A stretch of 62,374 nucleotides of DNA, counting the filler, from Stramenopiles sp. TOSAG23-3 (Eukaryota), in NCBI GenBank assembly GCA_900128585.1. It is 3 parts of 3 records of this genome, joined end to end, with 100 filler letters (N's around TTAATTAATTAA, not from the genome) between each part and the next. Parts side by side here need not be neighbours in the genome. Positions count along the whole stretch, not along the records: positions 30,219 to 60,144 come from LT642232.1; 2 more parts are not named here. One strand, written 5' to 3'. The notes beneath the pieces were generated by a model that searched no databases, was not told the DNA's origin, and saw only the letters and a list, made by a program, of their open reading frames with translations. Position 1 is the stretch's first letter, and each line of letters begins with the position of its first letter. A program made the position numbers and the translations under genes. This document shows, in pieces, positions 31,857 to 42,000 of the stretch.

Positions 31857-33065
31857 ATGCCAGAGAGAATTACTTGCATCCTTTCTGCTCTCCCCAGAAA
31901 TGCATTGTTCCAGACAGTAAACGAGTTGTATAACTTTCTATCTCTGAAAGAAGTTAAACGAGCACTGCTGGAAACCCAAAATGCCGCGATTTTCTCCAGC
32001 TTGCAGCTGTTTAATCTAGTGAACTCCAGATATATAGATTTACTCGGAGCTGCAGATACTGTTGGAGGCATGATCTATATGCACCAAGGAAGCATGCATA
32101 TTGCTAACCGTTTACAAACAAGAGTGAGGACAAAAGTAGTTGACTTCGGTTTGTCTGCTACACGTAGAAAAACACGTAGGTATGTCCTCCGAGCCAAGAA
32201 AATTAAAGATTTGGAAGTTAAAGCTAGCATAATTTTACAAACTGCCTACAGGAATTTGAAGAGAGTTAAATGCTTAAAAATTCTAAAGGAAAAGAGTGCT
32301 GCAGCAGCGTTGATTGTAAAACGTTCTCATACAGCTAGTAATTCTATAATACAGTGCTGGCGCAGACATAAAGCTTGGAATCGCGTTTTAAAGACTTTAC
32401 ACAGTAAATCCCTTGGCCAAGAGATTGAAAGTATGTTGCACAGATGGTCAAGTGATAAAGTATGGGAATTAGATGACAGTGCATGGCCTTTGTATAATGG
32501 TGTGCTTGAAAGGGACATCGAGGGTGTAATTTTGCGATTACCACGCTGCGCTAGTGCTTTATTATTCGTCGCCTTGCATATTATAAATAATGCCCTTTCA
32601 TCGCAAATATGTCTTGAACACTATTTTTACAGAATTCTTAAGAGGACAAAAGGTACTTTAGCGCGTTACCAGCTCTTTTTTGACATGAAATTTGCAAACA
32701 TGCCAGAACAAGTGATTAATAGGGTAATAGAACTCTTAGACCCAATAGATCACAGTCTTATGGGGGATTTAGTAATTTGTACAGTGAAAGAAGAACAGCT
32801 GAAAGCAAGGTTTCTTTTGAAAGGTAATATTCCTATTTTGTGCCGAAAAAAACTGCGATTAAATGGAGCAATTTCAGAAATAACTAATTCTGATAATAGC
32901 AGCCTGGGAATTCTACGGCGAAGCAGACAGTGTAATAGATTTTCTGTTGTAACTTTGCAGCTAGTGCCACGAAGAAAAACGTTAATCAAACCAACAAGTC
33001 GTAAATACGCAAAAAGTGAACACCCCCTCAGCCCAGTGGACCATTCTGTTGTTTGGTGGTGGTAA
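31857..33065 (+). CDS. Divergent, shortened COG1-like protein (Vps51/Vps67-type N-terminus) with IQ-like motifs
   Basis: LVNSRYIDLLGAADTV resembles COG1 LVGERYRDLIEAADTI; QLFFDMKF..LDPID resembles the COG1 C-terminal QLLFDLRF..IDPFD; IQ-like ILQTAYR and IIQCWRRH between them; first ATG at 31857. Confidence 0.65.
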   Translation: MPERITCILSALPRNALFQTVNELYNFLSLKEVKRALLETQNAAIFSSLQLFNLVNSRYIDLLGAADTVGGMIYMHQGSMHIANRLQTRVRTKVVDFGLSATRRKTRRYVLRAKKIKDLEVKASIILQTAYRNLKRVKCLKILKEKSAAAALIVKRSHTASNSIIQCWRRHKAWNRVLKTLHSKSLGQEIESMLHRWSSDKVWELDDSAWPLYNGVLERDIEGVILRLPRCASALLFVALHIINNALSSQICLEHYFYRILKRTKGTLARYQLFFDMKFANMPEQVINRVIELLDPIDHSLMGDLVICTVKEEQLKARFLLKGNIPILCRKKLRLNGAISEITNSDNSSLGILRRSRQCNRFSVVTLQLVPRRKTLIKPTSRKYAKSEHPLSPVDHSVVWWW

Positions 33066-33667
33066 GCTCAAGGATAGTTTATCTACAAACAAATGACTTC
33101 TCAGAAGCGACAGGAAGAGCAATTGCTGCTCTGCAGTCCATGTGTCCTCAACCACCCCCGGCTATATATATATAAATTAATTTTAAAATCAAGTAGAACT
33201 GGGTTATTGGTAGTGGACATTTTAAAAATCAATTTCTAATTTTAATTAAAGTTCAGTAAAGAGTACTGTATTTTTTGAACTACTCTGGCATGGATGACCC
33301 GTAGAGTTCGTAATTTTAAGGCACAGGCAATCATAATAATATATTTTATGGAACATATTTAATTATTTTGTCTTCTTGAACGGTTTTACCTGCTTTAATT
33401 TTTGAGCGTCTTATACATGTAACATACAGTATTTATATAAATAATTTTTTAAAAATTATTTCATCTTAAATCATACAGTACTATACAATTTTTTTTAAAA
33501 TTATTTCATCCTTGTTTATATAGTATTACTAAAAAAGGAATCATTCACTGTAATGTTTTTTTTGTTAATTTATTATTTAGTACAGTAGTATTTTCGTATA
33601 CAATTGAGTAGTAGTGATGCTGAGATTTCCATTTTGGAATACAAACTCTGGTATTAGACTAGAGTAG

Positions 33668-34004
33668 ACGAAAATAAAGAGGGAATTTTTAAAAAAGTTA
33701 AACTAACTAAGAAGCTCTGACTATTCCTGTTTTGATGCTATTTCCATGTGCCAAATGTTTCCTTGTTATATATTAACTATTTTTTGAACCAAATGTTTTT
33801 AGCTATGTTATGTTATGTTTTTATTTTTTTTCCCCATTTCCAGTGCTATACCCTGTTTTTTTTCGGCTAAAAACATTTGGTTCAAAAAATAGTTAATATT
33901 AATAACAAGGAAACATTTGGCACATGGAAATAGCATCAAAACAGGAATAGTCAGAGCTTCTTAGTTAGTTTAACTTTTAAAAAATTTGCCATCTTTATTT
34001 TCGT
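33668..34004. mobile_element. Fold-back / MITE-like long inverted repeat
   Basis: Arms 33668-33803 and 33866-34004 are near-perfect reverse complements around a 62-bp spacer. Confidence 0.85.
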
Positions 34005-34530
34005 TTAGTCGTCTAGAGAAAAGAGATAACACATCTACCGAGCGGCTCCTCCCATTCTATCGACAATAAGTAAATCAGAAGAAATAGGCCCCTGCCGAGC
34101 GTCGCGAAGGGTCATTTGATCCAAGTGATAATTGTCGCATTTTATTTACTGTATAAAAAGAGATTTTCTCAATAGGGTTAATAATAATTAATCCTAGTAC
34201 ATTTTATAGTTATTAGGAGGTGGTGTATGAGTGTAATGAGAAGACGTATATAATAGTAAATAAAATACAGACAAAATAGAATGGTAATAATAAATAAAGG
34301 TCGTCGGTTATATTAGGAGGTCCGTTAAAAGAAGTGAAATTCTCATCATCGTTGTGTTTTGATTTTGTACATACAAATCGTCAAACTTCAAACATCCAAG
34401 AAGGACAGAGGGGCTACCAAACTTTTATAATATAGCGCCCTGTTGTTTTAATAATTATTTGTTGTGGACAGGTTAAAAATATCCACATATTTTCGGAGAC
34501 AAACTTAAGAAGTATACAAATTTATTACAA

Positions 34531-35091
34531 ATGGGCGCTTCAGCATCCCCATCGCCATCATCCGCAACTCAAACCTCTATTCGACCGTGGTTGGTAGGAG
34601 TGTTAATTACTATAGCATCTGCATTTTTCTCGACTGTTGGCTTATTGTTGCAAAAGTATGCACACATGAAAGAAGCTAGAAAGTTAGAACAATCGAATGG
34701 TGCAAAAGGGTACAAAAAATGCCTAGGAATTCCGTGCAACATATATTTTGTTTCTGGTTTCTTCATTTTGACATTTGTGCCTTTGCCATTAGATTTCATT
34801 GCATTGTCAAATGCAGGACAATCTCTAATCATACCTGTTGGAACTGGCATGACAATAATTTGGAGTCAAATTCTTTCTCCGTTAGTTCTAAAAGAAAGGT
34901 TTGACCGCAGTGATATAAGCGCAACAGCCGTCGAAGTCTCGTCCTGCTGGCAATGCTTTGGTCCTCTTCTTCTGAAGACTGTATGGAGGACTGTACCTCT
35001 GTGTCGTCATCCGAGAGTGACACTAATAGGGCCGGAGAGTTATTGGATTGCTCGATACTGGCTCCTTTATATTAAAAAAAAACCAAATTAA
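34531..35091 (+). pseudogene. 3'-truncated NIPA/DMT-family magnesium transporter fragment (or first exon)
   Basis: GVLITIASAFFSTVGLLLQKYAH, DFIALSNAGQSLIIPVG, LSPLVLKERF match the first four TMs of NIPA proteins; similarity stops at about 34930 and the ORF runs into repeat DNA. Confidence 0.7.
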
Positions 35092-36190
35092 GTTTATCTA
35101 AATTATAAGTAAATGTTTTAATTTGATGTTATACAATTCAAAGTTAATTTAATGTTAAACTATTCAGGTTAATTTTTTCTTTTTCCTCTCTCCTTCGAAG
35201 ATTATACGTTGTTGTGTTTGAACTAGTTTTTTGTTTTGCTCTTTCTTCTTTTTTTTCTCTCTTGCCTTTTTGTTATACTTCCGTCACAAATACGTAGTGT
35301 GCCTCTTTTCCTCTTAGATTACGTTTAGCGTGTTCTCAGAATTTCTTGTTTTTTGAATAGTCGGGGGCGATTTTTCCTTCGGGTCATTCATCAGTTTATC
35401 TGGCAAAATATTATGGAAAAAAAAAACCTAAAAAAACGAATATTTATAAAAAATCCTAATTCAGTTTAATCTAAATTAAAAAGGAAATAATGGCTGTTAT
35501 TCGGGTATTTATAAATGTCTAAGTATAAAACGAATGCCTCACTGCCACCTGAACGTACGTGGAATGTCAGTTCGCCAGGTATGCCAATTGACCGAAGGGT
35601 AAAATCACCCATGACTGCTCGAAAAGCAAATAACTTTGGGAACAATGGCAGGTCAATGGTGCCTAGAAGAAAATTAGTTCACAAAAGCAAAAATATAAAA
35701 GAAAAGAAGCAACAAGAAAGCATAACAAAAAGCGAAATTACAGAGACTCGAAACGAAAGAAGAAATTTGAGACAGAGAAAAAAAATTAACAATCAAATGA
35801 AAACATTTATCTTTATAATTTAGATAAACTAAGTTAGTTTGTTTTATACATAAAAAGAAAAAGGGGGTTCCATTTCAAGAACAATATCTCCTCCTTTTGC
35901 AGATCCTTCATAAATTTCTGGTCAAGATTCCAATTGGCTAATAGACAGCGGTGCAAATGTTTTTTAGGTGCTCGTTTTCTGTTGTGTTACTCTATGAAAG
36001 AATGATTGGTAATGAGTTTGATCTTAAAGATCATTCCCAAGTTCTGGTCAAGATTTGAATTCGCTAATTGACAGCGGCGTAAATGTTAATCTAAATTATA
36101 AAAGGTTTCCATTTGATTCTAAGTAAATGTTTTCATTTGATTGTAAAACACTCAGGTAATATATTTTTTTAAGCAATTCAGTTTATCTAT
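35075..36190. repeat. Composite R2 repeat cluster including inverted copies
   Basis: agtttatctaaattataa.taaatgtttt.atttgat at about 35090 is inverted at about 35790-35835; ttcaagaacaatatctcctcc, ttctggtcaagatt and acagcgg..aaatgtt modules at 35873-36090 recur at 48330-48435 (-) and 54240-54500. Confidence 0.8.
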
Positions 36191-37167
36191 GGCACGCCAT
36201 ATGTTAAAATTCAAAATGAATGCTGTTATTTATTTATAGATATCTTAATAAGTTACATGACCTATCACACTGAAAATTCTTCCAATTCAACCTCTTCTTA
36301 CAATGTAATTATTTTTGTCCATTGCATTAAAGTTGTACGTACTTCATGTACTGCAATTTTTATGTGCCCATTGTTTTTCTTGAGATCGTTTTATTTAAGT
36401 TATGTATTATGATACCAAAAATTAAAACAAATAAACTGGCTGTTATTTAAGTAATTAAAATTTATTTTCTTCATCTACCTCGAATTGGAATCATCTGCTT
36501 CTTTTGTCCATTAAATTTATAAATGTAAATGATTAAGAAAATCACATGAGCAGAGATAAATTCGCAGTACATGAAGGAAGCAAAACTTTACTGGACAGAA
36601 GGAGCAGATTTACATTCGCGGTATATGGGGAATTGCGTTCTACAGACAACTCCGATGAGCCTAAACGGCTGAATCACCTGCCGGTGTCTTTAAAGCTTGG
36701 ACTAAACTCCACGGGCGCTAATAATCTACCCCTTTCAACATCGCAAGAGTCGAACAGATCCAGGCAACCAAAAACAAATTTAGCCGCTGTTTGAACTCTG
36801 GGGATGATGTGGAAATGGATTCTACAGCTACCTCCGCTAGGTGTAACCGAGTGCTTCACCGGCCGGGTTTTCCAGAATTTGGACCCAAATTCAGAGACGC
36901 TGATAATCTATCCCACCCAACACCAAAAGAGTCGCACAGAGCCAGGCAATCAAAAAACAATTCTAGCCGCTGTTCCAGTTTTGGTAATAAAGGGACGATT
37001 GATTCCCCAAATGACTCTGATGGGTTCGGCGAAGAAGTGGTCTACTCACATGAGTCTTCAAAGATGGATGGAATTACTAGGGGCTTTGGCTGGGAATTGG
37101 GTCAGTTTGTTGAGTACAGATCACCTTTAACAAGAAAAGAAATATTTTCACTTGGTAGTAATTCTTC

Positions 37168-37237
37168 TCATTGGAATATATATAGATAATTCCTCAGTGA
37201 TTGACAACCAACGAAACGAAATTAAAAAATCAAATTA
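37168..37237 (+). repeat. Dispersed repeat family R1 copy
   Basis: Matches 8490-8550. Confidence 0.85.
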
Positions 37238-37421
37238 AAACATCAAGATAGGATTATTAATAGGGTTATATTTAGGGTTATATTAATATTTTTAATAGGC
37301 CTAAATAACATCCAATTTTTTATTTTTTAAAATACCTGAAATGCCCTGACCCTCAAGACAATCACTCCCATAATCAGTAGCAGTACCTAAAATATTTCCA
37401 AAGACTTCATCTTCTCCATCG

Positions 37422-38426
37422 TCAACTTCTTCCTCCTACTGCCCCCCCCCGATAACTTGCAATGTCATTCTTTAAATCGATTTGTTTTAATTCTTCGAAA
37501 CCTTTTATACATACAAAACTATAGAATGCCAAAGTGCCTGCAAATAAACAATTCAACAGCCTGTCGTCGAAATCAATATGGTCCTTCGAAGAGACAAAAC
37601 TGGCAAAAACATTATTTGTAATATGCAACACAATAACATCACAAAAACTTCGTGTCAATGCAAATTGTACGGCATAAAAACTTCCAACAATTAATGCGAA
37701 ACAACATTGTAAAATAACGTAGTTTACGGCATAGTTTGATGAATAAAAGTTGGATACATGCAATAGAGCGAAGAAAAACGATGTTGCTAGAATCGTTTCC
37801 ATCCAAGACTTTAACCGTTTGCGTATTAGAGATACCAGTACAACCCGAAAGTAAATTTCCTCTTTAATGGGATGTATGATCAGCATATTTAAGGCCCGGG
37901 GTAAATCAACCTGCCCAAAGTCAAAACCACCATTGCCTGAATTTTGCTTGAAATAATTTTCCAGACTATAATACTTCCACTCGTGTAAAACAAAACATTG
38001 GTAAAAACACATACCGAAAAATACAATAGTATGTAGAATCACAACTTTAACAGTATTTTCGTGCAGAAAGGGGGGGCTTACTCTGTTGGCCGAGCAGCAC
38101 CAAAATCGTTTATCTCTTCGAAGAAAATATAATATATTGAGCCAAAGGTCTACAACGGCAAAAATGACTTTGCAACTTGACGGTTCTACGACTGCATCGA
38201 AAGTATGCAAATATATAACTTGGTACACGAACTGGAGAAAAGCAGAGAGCGCAGTGACAAGTGCAATTTCTAGGAAGAAGCAAAATATATCAAAAAACAG
38301 GACCAAGGTTTCGTTGTGCCCAACTTCTTTGTCGGCAAAAGGATTTTCGTATACGTATTCGCTTACTTTATTGATCAGCGGAAAAACAGGTTTTCGTCTC
38401 AACCACCGTGCCCTTCTAGTCGACAT
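37422..38426 (-). CDS. CPBP (Abi / type II CAAX protease, Rce1-like) intramembrane glutamic protease
   Basis: EExxxR motif (KEEIYFR), FxxxH (FALLH), HxxxN (HITNN), multiple TMs; first ATG at 38426. Confidence 0.9.
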   Translation of the reverse strand: MSTRRARWLRRKPVFPLINKVSEYVYENPFADKEVGHNETLVLFFDIFCFFLEIALVTALSAFLQFVYQVIYLHTFDAVVEPSSCKVIFAVVDLWLNILYFLRRDKRFWCCSANRVSPPFLHENTVKVVILHTIVFFGMCFYQCFVLHEWKYYSLENYFKQNSGNGGFDFGQVDLPRALNMLIIHPIKEEIYFRVVLVSLIRKRLKSWMETILATSFFFALLHVSNFYSSNYAVNYVILQCCFALIVGSFYAVQFALTRSFCDVIVLHITNNVFASFVSSKDHIDFDDRLLNCLFAGTLAFYSFVCIKGFEELKQIDLKNDIASYRGGAVGGRS

Positions 38427-38848
38427 ATGTTTACACTGCTCTAATACTTCCCGGGGAATTATATTTCGTATATTTCCAAACAGCAATGGAAACCCGAGTA
38501 TATTACAAACTCAATTGGCGAACACTCCCCCAATAATTGGGTCAACAGAAAATCACACCATACTTAAGAGAGCAATCCATATGCACAACTTCTGACTTTG
38601 AACGACGTCTACGAAACAAAAAAAGTACACTTCTGAAAGTTTTTGTTGCAATATTTTGCTTTGTATTGCCATCACAACCCATCAACCCATTCCTTCATAG
38701 TCGGTTTGTGTGCCTGCTAATTTTAGTATGGGCGTACCGTACCGCTGAAAAGTTTTTAATCCATTTACGCACCGCACCGGTCGTGTCCTGTGTCCTTAAC
38801 GGAAGAAGAAGAAAAAATTATTTAAGTGTTAAAAAAAATTAACTTCTT

Positions 38849-39003
38849 TTACTTGTCCGATTTTGTGCCCAGAGGGGGGGGGGCTGCATGTGAGTGAACT
38901 TTTTTTTAATTAAAAAACTAGCAGGGTCACTATACGAATTTATATAGGAAATTATTACAAGTATAAAAAACATTGAATTTTATCGCAAAAGCTTTAATAT
39001 TGC
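38849..39003 (+). mobile_element. Internally deleted copy of the 55893-56349 fold-back element
   Basis: tacttgtccgattttgtg.ccagagggg..gtgaactttttttaattaaaaaactagcagg joined to a segment matching the reverse complement of 56090-56170. Confidence 0.85.
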
Positions 39004-39044
39004 ACCAAAAACTACTATTCAGTTGTACAGAACCTTATAATAAA

Positions 39045-42000
39045 TTAGCGAAACTGGGCCTCATCATCTAGCAAACTGAACAGTGGTACCCGGAATCGAA
39101 AGCCTTGCAAAGAAACCCACTGTAAATCAAAGAAAGGTTGTTCGCGAACACTAATGATATTTCCTGATTTATCGAATACCCCATAAGATAATGAATGCGA
39201 ACCATCATCATTATACGTTGTTTGGTGAACATCAATTGTCAGTCTGACTTTCAGCGAGTTTTTATATTTGGTGAACGCGTCCTGACAGCGGTGCAATGCT
39301 TCACGTGAAAAGCTTGATTCGTTAGACAACCCTTTCGGGTAACAAAAGATAGGGCGTACGAGTATGCATCGTTGCAGTCCCCGTATATTCTGGTGTTCTT
39401 TTGCATTCGTTTTGAAACAGTTTTTCAATTGAAACCCGATCTGTTGAAGAGTTGACAGTATTTCTTCTTTCCAATCAAAATCGTGAATTCCAAGTGCAAT
39501 ATCATAGAATTGCCTTTCTCCTGAATATTCCCGAACAAGAGAACACGTGTTAATCCAATTATCATGCGCCTCTCCACTTAACCAGTGCACAACACTTAAT
39601 CCATTTAATGCTTCGCCAGCTAAATACAGTGTTTGTATCGAAGCAGCGTGAATGAAGTCAATCAATTTCGGCGCATCAACATCATTTTTTCTTTCAAACA
39701 ATCTAAAATATTTTGCCGCCAAACTATTTGTTTTTGTGCCTTTAGGGGTAGATGTTTCAACATAATATTTTCCATCATTCGTGCGACCGATTAACTTACT
39801 TTCCCATCCACCAATTATGTCTTCCACTCGGCCGAACACGAGTACTCGATTTGATACAACTTCACCTCTTGTCTGCGCAACAGTTAATATGTTGTCTAAT
39901 TTATCTTTGGTCGCTGGACGGTCTAGTATGACCTTATCAGCACTTATACGGCGAAGAGGCATTCTATGACTGCCATGATCAACGAAATTAACATCATACA
40001 GCGGCGCAGCTTTGTGTATCGTTACATTGATTATCTTACCTTGCAGCCAACAGTTTTTTAAACCACTCGATTGCACTAAAACTTGTTTACCAAGAGCAAG
40101 CAATTTTCCCACACTAGGAGCTATTGCTCCTTTTGAAAGTTCAGAGTATCGGGAAATATGGACAGGACTGCCAGTTTCCTCGGTACCAAGGTAAGTAAAA
40201 TTTGTGTCAGGTATAGATATAACATTCTGCAGGTTGTGGAGAGCGTCTGAAAATTGGTCACGGGCAACCAAATAGTATTTGCCTTTAGTAACTACATCTG
40301 ACGTTTCCAAGTGATTCCAATGTCGAATCAAGTTCACGTTCACGTTGTACCGGATGGATAAAGATTTTACAGAGTCGGTATTTTTTGCTAGATGAAAAGT
40401 AAAATTCTGGCCCAGAATTATTTCGGTCAATACACCACCGTACAAATGAAAAGTTTTGGACACAGGGTGTGGACTCGTTGCTTTTTGCTGAGCACTGGTG
40501 CTTTTTTTGTAAATATCTGGGTGAGGACCTTTAGTGCGCTGTCCACAATCGGAACAGTCAGTGCCAATCCGACAAACCTGGCTTTTCGAATTTTCACCAC
40601 CGTCATCGCATACCCCATCACCTGCATACTTGCACTTGTCATTGCAAAAGGGGTCTTCTAAAGCAGAATCCTCATCAGTTTTTTTCATATATGCAAACCA
40701 TTTCGAGTCATCCTCCCATTTATCTGAAAATAGTTTCTTTCCAGGCATGAAGTCAGACTGGTACGGGCTAGATAATTTATTTGCACGCCACGATTTTTGA
40801 AACACGTGGGTTTCTTTCATCATATTTATTGACGAGGGCATTGATTTTAAATCGATTTCTTTGATGTTTGGTTTTCTGGATTTGGCAGCCCTAAGATTTG
40901 GTGCTGAAAATCCTGCCTGCAATTGAGTTGGGCGCTTGCCGCAATCAGTACAGTCTGTTCCAAATTCACACGAATTATATTCCGCCTGAAAACCACCGTC
41001 ATCGCAAGATCCGTCATTGGCATACAGACATGTATTTGTGCACAAGCTAGATTTCTCATCTACAGCTTTGACGTCCCTTATATTCTCTTCGTTTTTACGA
41101 TCGTGCAAATCTCCATGATTCCCCATTCTTGCTGTTGCAGGAGAAGAATATTGACCCCTGTCGATGGAAACGAGTGTTCTATCACCATTAGTAGCTTTTT
41201 CACTCTTTATCTCGCCCGAAGAGTCCACGGACGTTATGCCCGCTTTATCTTTCGTCGTCGACAATAAATAACCATTATCTTTATCGGAGTTTATCTGCCG
41301 AACAGTTGCTTTCGTGTGACCACCATTTCGCCTTTCCATCTCTAGTTGTGTCATTTTTGGGTTGATACTATTAATAAATTTATCGTCGCTGCCTTTTAAA
41401 GGATTAGAGGTTCGGTAGAGTGCCTGGGCTTTGTCAGTCATAGACCTACTAATGTCTTCTCTTATTATCTTCTTTTGGTTCCTACCGAATACTGAATTAC
41501 CACTACTTTTATGGTCCTCTTGCCTGTACTCAGCCACACCACTAAAAGATCCGATATGCCCCCCGTCCTTGCCTCGGTATACCGAACTGTTACTTACTAC
41601 AAAATTAGTAGAGGAAGTATTATTTTTGCTGTAATGAGCTTTTTCAAGAATTAGTTTTCCACTTAATCCCTTCTTCTTCAAAAGCGCAACGAAATTCATC
41701 TGTGTGTCGACGTCTAGTTTCAAAATTTCTTTAAACCAAATAGATTGTCGTTCAGTCGTATTTCCAGCTAAGAAACGACCAAATATCGCATTGTTAGTTT
41801 CAGATGAAAGAAGATGCCTTGAACGACTTTGGTTTTCTTTGTTGTTTCCGGAAATATCAATAATGTATTCTTCGCCAGTTGTGATTTTATTTTGAGAGAG
41901 TCTATTCCATTTCCGAAAATTATTTTCCGAGATTGAATACATAGATAAAACAGTTGAAAATGTTTCACCGCCAAGAGCCTTATGAAATGTAAACCGGTTT

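Noticed and set aside
33423-33510. Imperfect ~49-bp tandem duplication (also a ~21-bp direct repeat at 51138-51195)
   Set aside because: Ordinary slippage duplications in AT-rich DNA with no further structure
36546-37189. Overlapping ORFs of 82, 132 and 108 aa
   Set aside because: Start and end lie within repeat modules and no motif was recognised; at most a decayed fragment
37259-37280. TTAGGG-like words (also about 11584 and 34172)
   Set aside because: Only one or two imperfect units; not a telomeric array
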